Source: Antedon mediterranea
Lineage: Eukaryota > Animalia > Echinodermata
DNA length: 64,000 bases
Assembly: GCF_964355755.1 (NCBI RefSeq)
Contig: NC_092679.1
Location: 1,208,201 to 1,272,200 of the forward strand
Direction: 5' to 3'
Shown one piece after another: positions 1 to 11,990 of the stretch. The notes beneath the pieces were generated by a model. That model was not told the DNA's origin. It worked only from the letters and a program-made list of their open reading frames with translations, and did not search any database. A program made the translations under genes and the position numbers. The number at the start of each line of letters is the position of its first letter. Position 1 is the stretch's first letter.

Positions 1-153
1 TGACACATATTTTGTTGATAATTATTACATAATTCTTTTTATTTATTTTCTTTTTTATTATTGTATTTATATGTATCACATGGAAAGTTTGTCTGAAATT
101 GAATTGAATGTGAAGCATTTATCAAAATTGTATATTTTTTTTTTTATTCTCAG

Positions 154-759
154 GAAATCAATCGGACCTATCAAAAACTTCTAAAACAGGTTAGTAGCCT
201 AAGTCATTAAAAATTAGTATTTAGAAATAACGTATTCTATAGAATATAAAATGATAAGATATAAATGGAAAGAAAGAAAATGATATTTGATTTGTCCTAT
301 GTCCATTTAATACATTGCGAAAGAATGGAAGTTGTTTCATTGTCTGGTAGGCCTAGTACATTAGAATAATTGTAGTATTTTATTGTTACAGTCCTCAAGG
401 CTGCTGCTGTTGGGGCAGTTGGAGGAGTAGCTGTGGCTACTGCTGGCCCAGTGCTACTAGGTTTTGGAGCAGCTGGTATTGCAGCCGGTAGCCCAGCAGC
501 AGCAATGATGTCCGCTTCAGCCATAGCAAGTGGTGGTGGTGTAGCAGCTGGTGGTCTGGTGGCTACATTACAGTCGATCGGAGCTGTCGGCTTAAGTGCT
601 CTAGGTACTTTGTTTGCTGGCATTGCCGGCGCCACTGTGGCTGGTGGTACTGCTGCTGCAGTGGCTGTAGCTACTCGAACCACAGGGGCCAATGTGACTG
701 TGACTGCTGGTTCTGTGACTGCTGGTTCTGTGACTGCTGAAAGTAAGAAGAAAATTTAA
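154..759 (+). CDS. IFI27: IFI27/ISG12 (Ifi-6-16 family) protein, copy 1; last two exons (154-189, 392-759), 5' end outside window
   Basis: Family motif [43 protein letters not shown]; 36-nt phase-1 exon and terminal exon both flanked by canonical AG/GT. Confidence 0.85.
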
Positions 760-998
760 AAAATTAAATTAAATTAAAAATTTAACGCAAAAGTTAATAT
801 TTTTTTATAATTGAAGACATAAAATAAAGAATACTATATTAAACTAACTGCATAATCATGCTTGGCCTACTGTAATAAGGGGACTCTTTTAGTAGCCTAA
901 AATAGATTAAATTAAGTACAGTATTATTGAGTTAAAAATGTATAATATTTAGTAATATATTATAATTGCGCTTTATAAATATTGTTTGCGCCACACAG

Positions 999-2905
999 TT
1001 CACATAATACATGCAGGAGAGGATAGAACATTATTGCATAAATTAAGAGATGCGCTAGAGAATGAAGCCAACCCAGATACCAGCTGCCATTTCAGGAGAT
1101 TCTATAGAAAAGGTAATTTTACATAGTTTAATGATTGTGATGTCATGGAAAAAACATTTTCAAATTAATGTTTAGAATTTAAAACACCTTTTCGATCGAA
1201 TACCTGGCTAAAACAATAAACAGACATGTTAGGCCAGTCCAAAGGTGATAGTTGACTATGACTATCACAAACAAACAAATAACAGCGATTAGAGAGATAG
1301 AGAGTACTAAAGTCTAATTAGTGACCTTTCACTTCTTTCAAATTTTGCTATTTAAAAAAATTAATTTTACAACCGGAGTATTCGCCCTATTGTGAGATTC
1401 TGCCTCATGTTGGTGACATTTAAACTTAAAATCTCACAAAAATATTATTAACACTCAAAGTTAATTATTACTAAACAGATACCAACATAGCGCAAACAAT
1501 ATTGAAGGATTTGGAAGATTTTGTTGCTAGCTGCAATGAAAACAAACAGAATAAATGCATGGTGATTGTCAGTGATCGTTTCAATAATGAAATGAATGAA
1601 TCACCCGAACATATCGACAACATTAAAAAATGTAAGTTTTAGAAAGAAGTTGGGTAGCGATATTATAGTCAGGCCTTGTCTTTTTGTCAAATTGCAGGTG
1701 AGTTGCAAATTAAAATCTTGAACATTCACATTTAAGTGTGCCATAAATGCCACACCTCAGGGGCATTTTGCATGAGTGTTAAGAAGGCATCTGATCGCAC
1801 TCCTATGCCTTAAAAGACAAGGCCCGTATATTGTGTGTATTGATGTTCCTAAATGACAAACTATACAGTATTAAAAATAATATTGTCTGTTCGTTCTGTT
1901 TTACGTAATACTCAATATTTTAACATTTCATTCTGTAATATTTCTTATAGTATTGAATGATGTCAATAATACAAACGGGTCATTTGTTCTACTCGTTATG
2001 ACAAACAACAGCATTTTTTCGGAAAACCGTTTTGATAAAATCAAGGTGACATATTATGAAGAAAAGGGAGATGAGGCAGTTGCAAAGGAATCCATTGCCC
2101 TATGGTTTTAGTGAGTAGAATACATTTTGTAGGACAGGAAAGAAAATTTTTGCGAACGTTAAGAGATGCACTACGAATGAAGCCAACCCAGATAACAGGA
2201 TAAATTCACAGCATTTAAATAATATGAAATAATATGATAATACGTCATATTCTCTGTGATCCTTTGTAAAAGCTGCTCTTGACACAGTGTATTAAAAGCC
2301 AATTAACTGCAGTAATAAATTTGAATTCTGCACCTTGCTAAGTTTGGTGCTATGTGAACCAATTTACATTTCAAGCATTATCAAAATTGTATTTATTTAT
2401 TTTTGCATTTCTAATTCGCAGGAAATAAATCAGGCCTATCAGAAACTTCTACAACAGGTTAGTAAATCAATCCGTAAACATTTATTGGAAATAACGTATT
2501 CTACGGTACAAAGAATAGAAAATGTTTATGAAAAGATATTAAATCGAGAGAAATAAAATTTGTCATATGAACATTTAATACATTGTAAAAGAAGTGCAGA
2601 TTGTTGGTGTACGGCTAATTGAAAAATGTCATTGGTAGTACTGTACTATATTACATTAGTAAAATGTTATTTTAACAGTCCTCAAGGCTGCTGGGGTTTT
2701 AGCAGTTGGAGGAATAGCTGTGGCTGCTTTATGCCCAGTGGCACTAGGTTTTAGAGCAGCTGGTAGCCAAGCAGCAGCAATGATGTTGTCCGCTTCAGCC
2801 GTAGCAAGTGGTGGCGGTGTAGCAGCTGGTGGTCTGTGGCTACATCACAGTCGATTGGAGCTGTCGGCTTAAGTGCTGCAGGTGGTGTGGCTGCTGGCAC
2901 CGTGG
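999..2905 (+). pseudogene. Degenerate TIR-like + IFI27 copy: exons 999-1112, 1479-1631, 1951-2110, 2422-2457, 2679-~2905
   Basis: The first three exons splice in frame to a ~140-aa alpha/beta domain. No ATG exon upstream, TAG at 2109-2111, and the IFI27 exon is frameshifted near 2835 (ggtctgtgg vs ggtctggtgg in copy 1). Confidence 0.7.
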
Positions 2906-3522
2906 AAATGAAACTGCCATCTCACGTGAACGATGACGTAGAAATAGAATTAGACCTAAGTGAAGTCTTACATGATCACGTGGGACGCATCCGTTCAAAA
3001 GTGATTTTGCGTTTGCCGTTTCTATAACATTTGTTAATATTTTAAACCCGGTTGTAAATATAACATATCCCTATCCGTTTGTAAATAAAAGATAAGACTT
3101 AACGATTCTATTGATACGTTATAAAAATATAATTTTTTTTTTCTGAAATAAATAAAATAAAGTATAAATAAACAAATATACAATACAATAATATTAAATA
3201 ACTTTAAAATGTAAATTTATTGACACACCTATCTTCTTGGGTGTTTTGATCACAACTTCTTCGTCGCATTTATTTTTTAGCTCACTATGTCAGTCATATA
3301 GCGTGTAGTAAGTAATTATGCAATCATAAAATCGCGTAATCTGAAGGCCTTTATTGTGCGCGCGCGCGTCCGATCTTTCGTGCCGGCCGCGCCATCATGC
3401 CAGCAGTTGGCTCCTCAGCCGATAGCTCTATCCCTAGTGTGACGTGCGCCGCCGGGTTGTTTTAGGTAATAAATATTAATACTATAGGCCTAGTCTGGAA
3501 CAACAAGACACCAACAATAATC

Positions 3523-4243
3523 ATGTCAGGACAACAAGAACTAGCCACTGGTATGTAATTTGAATATACCTCTGCCTTTAGTAGCCTAGAGAAGTAGGAT
3601 TGAGTAACCTATTGTTAATATTATTAGTTATAATATATTATTAAAAAATTTGGATCCTGAAAATTGTTTCCGCCACACAGTTCACATAATACATGCAGGA
3701 GAGGACATAACATTATTGCATAAGTTAAGAGATGCGCTAGAGAATGAAGCCAACCCAGATACCAGCTGCCATTTCAGGAGGTTCTATAGCAAAGGTAATT
3801 TTACATAGTTTAACGATTGTGATGTCATGGGGAAAACATTTAAAAATGTAATTCGATTTTTCAATTCAATTTTATTTTCATAAGATATGCCTACATCATT
3901 TACCATTATGCAAAAACATTTAAGTTAAAAAATCATTTTTAATTTTAGCATTCTGTAATTTCAAATAAGTTGAATTTGTAATTGTGTATTTCTAGTTGTT
4001 TTATAGCCTCTGCCTTATGTTGGTGACATGATGTTTAATCTGTTTTTTAAAAATACTTTATTATTATTACCGTATTATATTAAACTTTAGATACCAACAT
4101 AGCGCAAACAATATTGAAGGATTTGGAGGATTTTGTTGCTAGTTGCAGAGAAAACAAACAGAATAAATGCATGTTCATAATCAGTGACCGTCTCAATGAT
4201 GAATTGAATGAATCGCCCGAACATATCGACAAAATTAAAAAAT
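3523..4243 (+). CDS. TIR-like gene copy, exons 3523-3550 (MSGQQELAT), 3681-3794, 4091-4243; the following TIR-like exon is not found before the next ATG exon
   Basis: ATG exon homologous to 6593-6626; exons 2-3 near-identical to 999-1112 and 1479-1631; all introns phase 1 with GT/AG. Confidence 0.6.
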
Positions 4244-4258
4244 GTAAGTTTAAAAAAA

Positions 4259-4570
4259 ACAAGGCCAACAGCCATTAAGTCGCGTGCTACAATGCATAGT
4301 GATACCGGACCGACAGACAGACCGACAGACAGACCGACCGACCGACATAGTGAACTATACTGACCGAAATTACTGAACATGTTTAAAAATGTTGAAATGT
4401 TTAAAAACATTTATATTTTTAGTCGCGTGGAAGCGACTCTATAGTTCACTATGTCGGTCGGTCGGTCTGTCTGTCTGTCTGTCGGTCTGTTTGTCGGTCT
4501 GTCTGTCTGTCTGTCGGTCCGGTATCACTATGCGTTTTATCGCTTTATGACCTTATCTTGATATCAGTTT
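4259..4570. mobile_element. Two oppositely oriented DINE-1/HINE-like (Helentron-associated) non-autonomous element ends with (GTCK)n microsatellite
   Basis: TTTTTAGTCGCGTG...GCGACT hairpin followed by gtcggtcggtctgtctg; related to 26945-27062 and 28609-28705. Confidence 0.55.
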
Positions 4571-6592
4571 AATCTAGCTAAATCAATTTTTGAAGTTGCA
4601 TTACAGCTAATAGAAATATTAGTATTGTTAAAATTTTGATACCAAAATCAAGTCTCTAGCATAAGTAGAACTCAACATATGATGGTTATGCTCTTTTTTA
4701 AAGAATCAAAATAATTCTGGTAAATTTGCTTTGTTGCTATGGAGACAAAAGGTGTATTGATACTTGGTTTGGATGTTTTTACCTAATCACAATATTTTAC
4801 AGTCTCCATACAAACTTTTTAACATAAAATTATTCCGAACTGCAAATAATATGCAAGCTCCAAATTCTATATATTTTATTTCAGGTAAAAATGAGATAAT
4901 CTAATATACATAGAAATGGTTGCTATGGTGATAAACATTTTTCATACACCAAAAAAGTTAACATTATATTCATTAGATAACCTATTTGGCATTTTTTATA
5001 AATACCAGTATCAGATGATTTTTGCCTATGGAATGAAAAGTAATTGGATAATTTGTATAATTTTATGTTGTTGCTATGGAAATGAAAATGCATTTTTTTA
5101 CAAAATTATACAATTTAGGAATTATTTTTTTACATAACAATATTTACCAATACTAGCAGATAGTTTAAATTCAAAAATTATTTCTGGATATTATATTTAC
5201 AACTTAACAATCTTGGTTTTCACACATTTAAATTACAAATAGTATATTGACTTTTGTTTTGAATTTAAAAATGTATAGTATTTTAAAATACTATAATAAG
5301 TAATCAAATGATTATGTAACAGTTCGAAAAGTGACCAAATAATTTAATGATATATTTTTCCCTATTTCAGAAAGATATAAGTCTGTCATCATACTGTATA
5401 ATTACTACTGAGAAGATAGATGATTGAGTGCACAGTGGTATTTTACACAAGAATTAAATACAAAGGCCAGAACTGATGGACAATTATATTTTAATAGTAA
5501 TAATAGTTTATATTTTTGAACTGTTGTTTAGGGCTATTGGCTTCTTTTGTAATACAAGAAATCAAAATAATAGAATTTTCCTTGTATTTAAGAAGGCTAA
5601 AACCATACATTCGTAATTTATTTATTGAGTGTATTTAATTATTCCATATCATTTATTAATACTGTATAAACAACTTATATAAGTTAGATTTTTCAGTATT
5701 TTTATTGCATTTTAATCCTGTCTGTAATATTGAAAGTTGTGCTAATAAAAGTGGGTTGAAAAGAACAAATTATGATTATGAATTGTTAAAATTAATATTT
5801 AATACTTTTACTTTTTTGAAATAAAAAAAATGTAACAATTGTTTTTGTATCTAGTAATGTATGTACAGTATACTACAGTTGTGGCAGATCGGAGTAAAAT
5901 TCCCCTTGCAATGAAATAACTTTGTAGGCCTGAAGCACACAAAATAGAAAGAGAGGGTACGAACAGGGGAAAGAACATCCCCCTGCCCCATTAATTTTTA
6001 AAAAATAATTAAAAAGACAGTTTTGGACAATATATTTGGCAATTATTACAATTCATCTCCAAAAAATGCTTCTCTCGCACATAAACTGTGCCATCATCCC
6101 AGCCTAGGCCAAACGCGGCCGACCTTGGGCGTGAAGTGCGTAGCATCGCGCTGCGCCCCGCGACACTGTTTATAACTATGCCTCAACCTACTGCCTACAA
6201 AATTCGTCCTCCATACAGTCAGTGTTTATTCTGTAGCCGTTTGAGGTTGGACAGTGATATACGCATATGTAAGTGTAATATCAAATGGAGTAAATTTATA
6301 TAATCGAATTTTATATAGATGTTCTTTCATTTTGACGCGAAAGATAAAACAAAGTCGTACTGTTTATCGCGTATGTGTAAATCCTATTTGTTTACATTGA
6401 TTTGGTGGCGTGCCGCATTGCCTACTGGGTAATCCGCTTGCCGGAATGGCTGCCCATGTAATTATCATTTTTCGAGCGTCAGCAGTGGCGCTATACGATC
6501 TTTGGTCGTGCCTCTCTCTCTCTCAGCCTCCCCCGTTATGTCGTGTGTTTTGTAAAAGTCTGTAGTGTACTTAATTAATCCCCGAATTAATC

Positions 6593-8440
6593 ATGCCAGG
6601 ACAACAGGAACTAGCCTCCAGCAGTGGTATGTAATTTAAATATGTCTATGTAATGCCTTTAATATATAGCCTAGCAAAGTAGTATAACCAAAGAATATAT
6701 ATCACAAGAATGAGTATTCCGCGATTTTTGCATGAGAAATTTGTAACAGAGAGCTCCAGAGAGTGATGCCCGCCCTCATAAGGGCGGATGTATACATACT
6801 AAATAAGACTTGATTTAATAGATATTATACATGTAACATTAAATAGAATTATGATAATATATTTTGCAATTGTAAACTATTTTATAATACATATTTATTA
6901 ACAAACTAGTGTACATTCACTTTTACAGACAATTATTTACTAACATGCTAAGTTAGTTCACAAAAAAAGCCTAACACAGCAACACCAAAATCAACGAATC
7001 GTTACTCAGCACGGCCTATTCTTTACCATTGCCGTGTACTACACTCTACGCCCGGTAAATTAAGTATGGTTTTTATGATATAAATTAGTATAAAATACAT
7101 GTTATTAATAGGACAAAATGTTAAATGTCATTAACATTTATTTGTTTTACCAGAAACAAGTTAAATATGGGGAATATTATTCACTATCCTTCGTGAAAAC
7201 GCGTAAACACCAACACGCCCGGTCACGATATCGTAGCGCCCGGTTGATAAAGCAAACTGTTTATACGGCAGATTTTACTAAATAAATTGCATAAAACGAA
7301 CAATTAAATATCCAAATAGTATTTAACATGATGTTGGCATGTAGTTGTAGTTTTTTATCATGAAAATACTACCGGTGGTCTAGCCTTTGATTATTGAAAC
7401 CGTCACAAAAAGTTGTATACATCCCAGATACATCCACACTTATGGCGGCGCCCTACCACATGGACAATATTACTGTTACAGGGAAAATTAAATTAAATCG
7501 CGGATTACTCATTCTTGTGATATATATTCTTTGGTATAACCTAATGCAAAACTATTATTTTTAAAAGCACAGTGCGTGTGCCCAGACGAAGTATTCAAAA
7601 TCAAGTAGTATACGTATGAAACGCCATATATGCCAAAATATTTATCTTTTTACTAATATTAAGACAAAACTCCGTCTGGAACCCAGACTAATTTTAACAG
7701 TAAAATTCAAGAAAACTTTAGGCAATCAAAAGCCAATTAGCTACAGTAATAAAATATAACTCTGCACCTTGCTAAGTTTGGTGCTATGGCAACCAATTTA
7801 CATACATTGCAATCCGCCCCAGTAAGTACGGTAGTAAACAAGTAATTATCAAGACTTTATTTAGGTTTTTAATGTTTTTAAATTCTCAGGAAATCAACGG
7901 GGCCTATCAGAAACTTCTAAAACAGGTTAGTATTAAATCATTAAACATTTAGTAGGCCTATTTAGAAATAACGTATTCTATAGAATAGAAATGTTTATGT
8001 AAAGATATAAATCGAAAGAAAGAAAATTTGTCGTATGAATATTTAATATTGTGAAAGAGTGCAGATTGTTGGTGTATGTCTAATTGATTCACTGGTAGTA
8101 CTAGGCTACTATTACAATAATTAGTGTTATTTCTACAGTCCTCAAGGCTGCTGCTGGGGCAGTTGGAGGAGTAGCTGTGGCTACTGCTGGACCAGCGCTG
8201 CTAGGTTTTGGAGCAGCTGGCATTTCAGCTGGTAGCCAAGCAGCAGGAATGATGTCCTCTGCAGCCACAGCAAGTGGTGGTGGTGTAGCAGTTGGTAGTC
8301 TGGTGGCTACATTACAGTCGATTGGAGCTGTCGGCTTAAGTGCTGCAGGTAATGTGGCTGCTGGCACCGTAGGCGTCATTTTCACTGGTACGGTGGCAAC
8401 AATTAGAGAGAAAGTATTTAAACCACGAAGTAAACTGTAG
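6593..8440 (+). CDS. IFI27: IFI27/ISG12 protein, intact 3-exon copy (6593-6626, 7890-7925, 8139-8440)
   Basis: Splices to [64 protein letters not shown]...LQSIGAVG...KPRSKL*. Confidence 0.85.
6688..7534. mobile_element. Non-autonomous DNA transposon (~850 bp) in IFI27 intron 1
   Basis: ~40-bp TIRs CCAAAGAATATATATCACAAGAATGAGTA(T/A)TCCGCGATTT, subterminal inverted segments (6770-6800 vs 7410-7450), TATAA on both flanks. Confidence 0.8.
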
Positions 8441-10486
8441 GCGGGGTTCTTCCAGTCGATCGGAGCTTTACCATATTTCAGTCACTGTTTTCAGACATCC
8501 TATTGGTTTTGTATTCTTGTTAAATTGCAAACTATGTCCGACTGATCAGATGCTAGAGGAGATGGAAGCGACATGCTAGAGAGTGTATCAATTGTGTATT
8601 TATCGCTCTTTTCTTTCGAATAACTGAGGAGATGGAAGCGACATACAATACAGTAAACCCACTTTAGAGAGACATACTAATGTATCAACTATGGTGTTTA
8701 TTTATCACTGTCTTTACTTTCGAATATATTTTCAATTTACAATAAAGTAGGTCTATTTGATAAAAATTATTCTGCCAAAATACCATTTATTGTTGTTTAA
8801 CCTTCATTTACATATGATTTACAAAACCATGAATTGAATAGTAGTATAATTTTTAATTAATTAGTATATTATATATATCATTGTTATATTATCATCATGT
8901 AATTCCTGGTTCATTGCCCTCTTGCTGTGTTAGTTCCTGAAACATGGTTATAAACACGTTCACCCGGATGTCCGCCCTCTTATTTTACTGTGCATTGCGA
9001 TTTAAATGCATGTACACGTATACCACCAGCACTCAGAAGTCCCTTCGTCACGCCTAAATCCCCGAAATAATCACCGAAATGTCACCAAAGAATATTCTAT
9101 CGCAAAGTCAGTTTTGAGTGGGCTGTGACTTTGTTAAAAAAAAAAACAAACGCTATAAAACACCAACCGCCCACTAAAAAATGCGCCGTGTCACGTACTT
9201 CAAGTCACGTCCACTGATGCCATGCGCTCTTGAAATGCTACGTATACGACGTACCACCACCCGGGATCAAGAGTGTCGGCTGTGCGTCGATCGTGTGGTG
9301 ATTAGTGGCGCGCGCGAATCAGTGTGACGTTGACAATATAAAGCACATAGGCCTATCAAAAATTAAACCACCTTCGAAAACATACAGAACATTCATTTAG
9401 GCCTACATATACGTATAAGGGGCTCCTCAGTGTGAAAACAAATCGATATGCCAAATCCTTTATTCCCTCCGGTATCATCCAGTACAACAGGAAGTCAAGA
9501 AGATAATTTTTTTAGATGTTTTTATATATGAATGGTTTTATGCTATATTTGTTTTTATTGTGTTTTCTTTTTTATTATGACGAGCAATGAATTTCCTTTT
9601 TGAGGATCAATAAAAGTTATCTTGTCTTATCTTATCTTATCTTAACCTTTGTTCATATATGACGTCTTAAACTCAACTTTAACAACTTTGGGTTAAATAT
9701 AGGATATGTTTATACATAATATGTATTGGCTTTATAAACAAATCAAAGTTCAATCATGTTAACATGCGTACAACCACCATTCTCGACCTTTCGAGTTTTC
9801 TTCCAAAACGCAACAAACTTTAAAACTATTTATAGAGCATTACGTAATCATAAAGCGCGTCCTCTTTGTCATCGTTTCGAAAGACTGTTAGCGAACACAA
9901 TGTGACTTTTGTTTTTGCTTTCAGTTTTAAGTCATAAGAAAGTTTAAATTAAACTAATTAAATCTAGTATAGCGTGATCGATTATCTGATCCGTTTAGGG
10001 GGTTAATTTTGAGTGCGTACGTGTAGACACTACGTCATCGAAACTGACCCATTCCGCACTACTTCCTCACAAACAGTATGTGTTACCGTACTTTACGATA
10101 CCATTGTCAGGGTGCATGTCTGTGTTTATTCGTCTATTATTCCAATCTCAAAAAACTATTTATTATATTTCTATTATTCAATGTGTTTGAAATTATAAAA
10201 GGAAGCAATATCGTCCTGTTCACATTATTGTTATATTATAAAACGTACCGGTACGGCTTCAAAAAAGTTATAGTAGTAGCCTATTAGTTAGTACTATAGT
10301 AGAGTATAGGCCCGGCCACCAACTTGATCAGGCATTGCATTTTCTCTTTTAACATTTTAGTGTGCCAGGAAATGGTTTTTGTCTGAAAAAAAGGTATTAA
10401 CTGAATTATCACACGGGGGAAGAGTAAAACCATTATTACTGTACTTGTATCAATTATAAGCTATCATTGTGAATAGGCCAATAGGC

Positions 10487-10637
10487 TGACTCAGTGGTGG
10501 TCGCATTACAATAGAACTTCGTAACAAAGCACTATTGTTATTACTGCATAACAATAAAAAAAATCAACTATAATTTTGTATATTATTGTTTTTCTTATTT
10601 GTTGTAGGCCTACTGTATAATCAATGTCTGTGAGTCA
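10487..10637. promoter_or_regulatory. Two consensus AP-1 sites (TGACTCA 10487-10493, TGAGTCA 10631-10637) upstream of the DUSP gene
   Basis: Exact motif matches; MAPK phosphatases are commonly AP-1 feedback targets; function untested. Confidence 0.3.
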
Positions 10638-11990
10638 CTGTGTGTGCCTACCATATTTTGGTTGTTGTTGGGTGTTGTATTATCGTATCAGCTATTGTTA
10701 AGTCTGCTGATGGCCGCGCGCGTATACATAGCAACTCGAGAATAAAGTCCATAATTTATTGTTAAAAAAATGAATCATGTTTATCTTTTCGTCAATAGTA
10801 TCAACAATGATCAAAATGAATACATTTTTTAAATATATTTATTCGATCATTCTTCTAATTAGTTTCTAGGTATTATTGAATCTCTCTTTGAACGTTTATT
10901 TATTGCGCGTAAAACTGGCGCGCGTAATATGTGAACAATGAGCGCAGCTCTTTCTCACTCTCTCTGTGTGTGGTGGTTGATATCAAATATTGTAAATATA
11001 CAGTAATGTTCTTTTGGATCAATGATTAAGTGATTGGTCAAATTACTTGGGTTTTTGCGCTACGTTCCTGAATGCGTGCGCGTGTAGTATGTATATTTAA
11101 TTCACAGCCCCGACCCCAAAAAAGTCCGACTTTTCTTTTAATGGTGAATTGTGTGTTACAAGAGTTCGAAAAAGTGTCGATATCGACACCGAGTTTGAGA
11201 CGAGTTTGATAGACGTGACATCATCATCATTATTACATTTCAGTGAATTTGAAGCCTGTTGATTTAGTGGTTACATGGTGATGTTGGCATACCAATTACT
11301 TATACTTTTGTAATTATTTAAACATTTTTAATTGTGAATCATTGTAAAAAATTAATGAGAAAACTTGCGAATTGCTATAAATAGCCTACTCCCAATTAAC
11401 CAAACATCCAATCAAAACCTGCCATCAGTAGGCGTAATCATGAATAATGCATGATCATAACGTGCTGAATCAACCACACAAATTACGACTGCGCAGTTAT
11501 AATTCTAAAAATAGACAAAAATAATGATGTCATTGTTATTTGGAAGTGTGATTGGATTGCAGAAACGAGGCTAAAATAATAGGAGCTATCGTTTCGGCGC
11601 CATTGAAGCCGTAGGAAGTTGACGAAAACTAGACTTTTAAGCCTGTAAATTCGGATATTTATAAAAATTAAGTAACATTAGAACATACATTTGTTCTTTA
11701 ACAACAACTTGAATTTCAGGAAACAAAGTTTGATTAAGAATAAACTGTAAAATCTAGGAGGATAGGATACCATCACAGTCAATCTATTCTTACGCCTATT
11801 TCGTGAGCCTACTAGCTTCTTGTGTTTATGTGCTAGGCCAGCTGGTTTGGATTTTATATTTTCAACTCATTCAATACATTCCAATTTCGTTTCAACCCAC
11901 GGTATTATTGTAAGTATTATATAGTAAGACAGTATATACTTCTTTCAGAAGAGGAGATATTTTAAGTTTTTAACAGTTCTTCAATACCCT

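Noticed and set aside
297-692. Ala/Pro-rich minus-strand ORFs (also 8101-8385)
   Set aside because: Antisense shadows of the Gly/Ala-rich IFI27 exons
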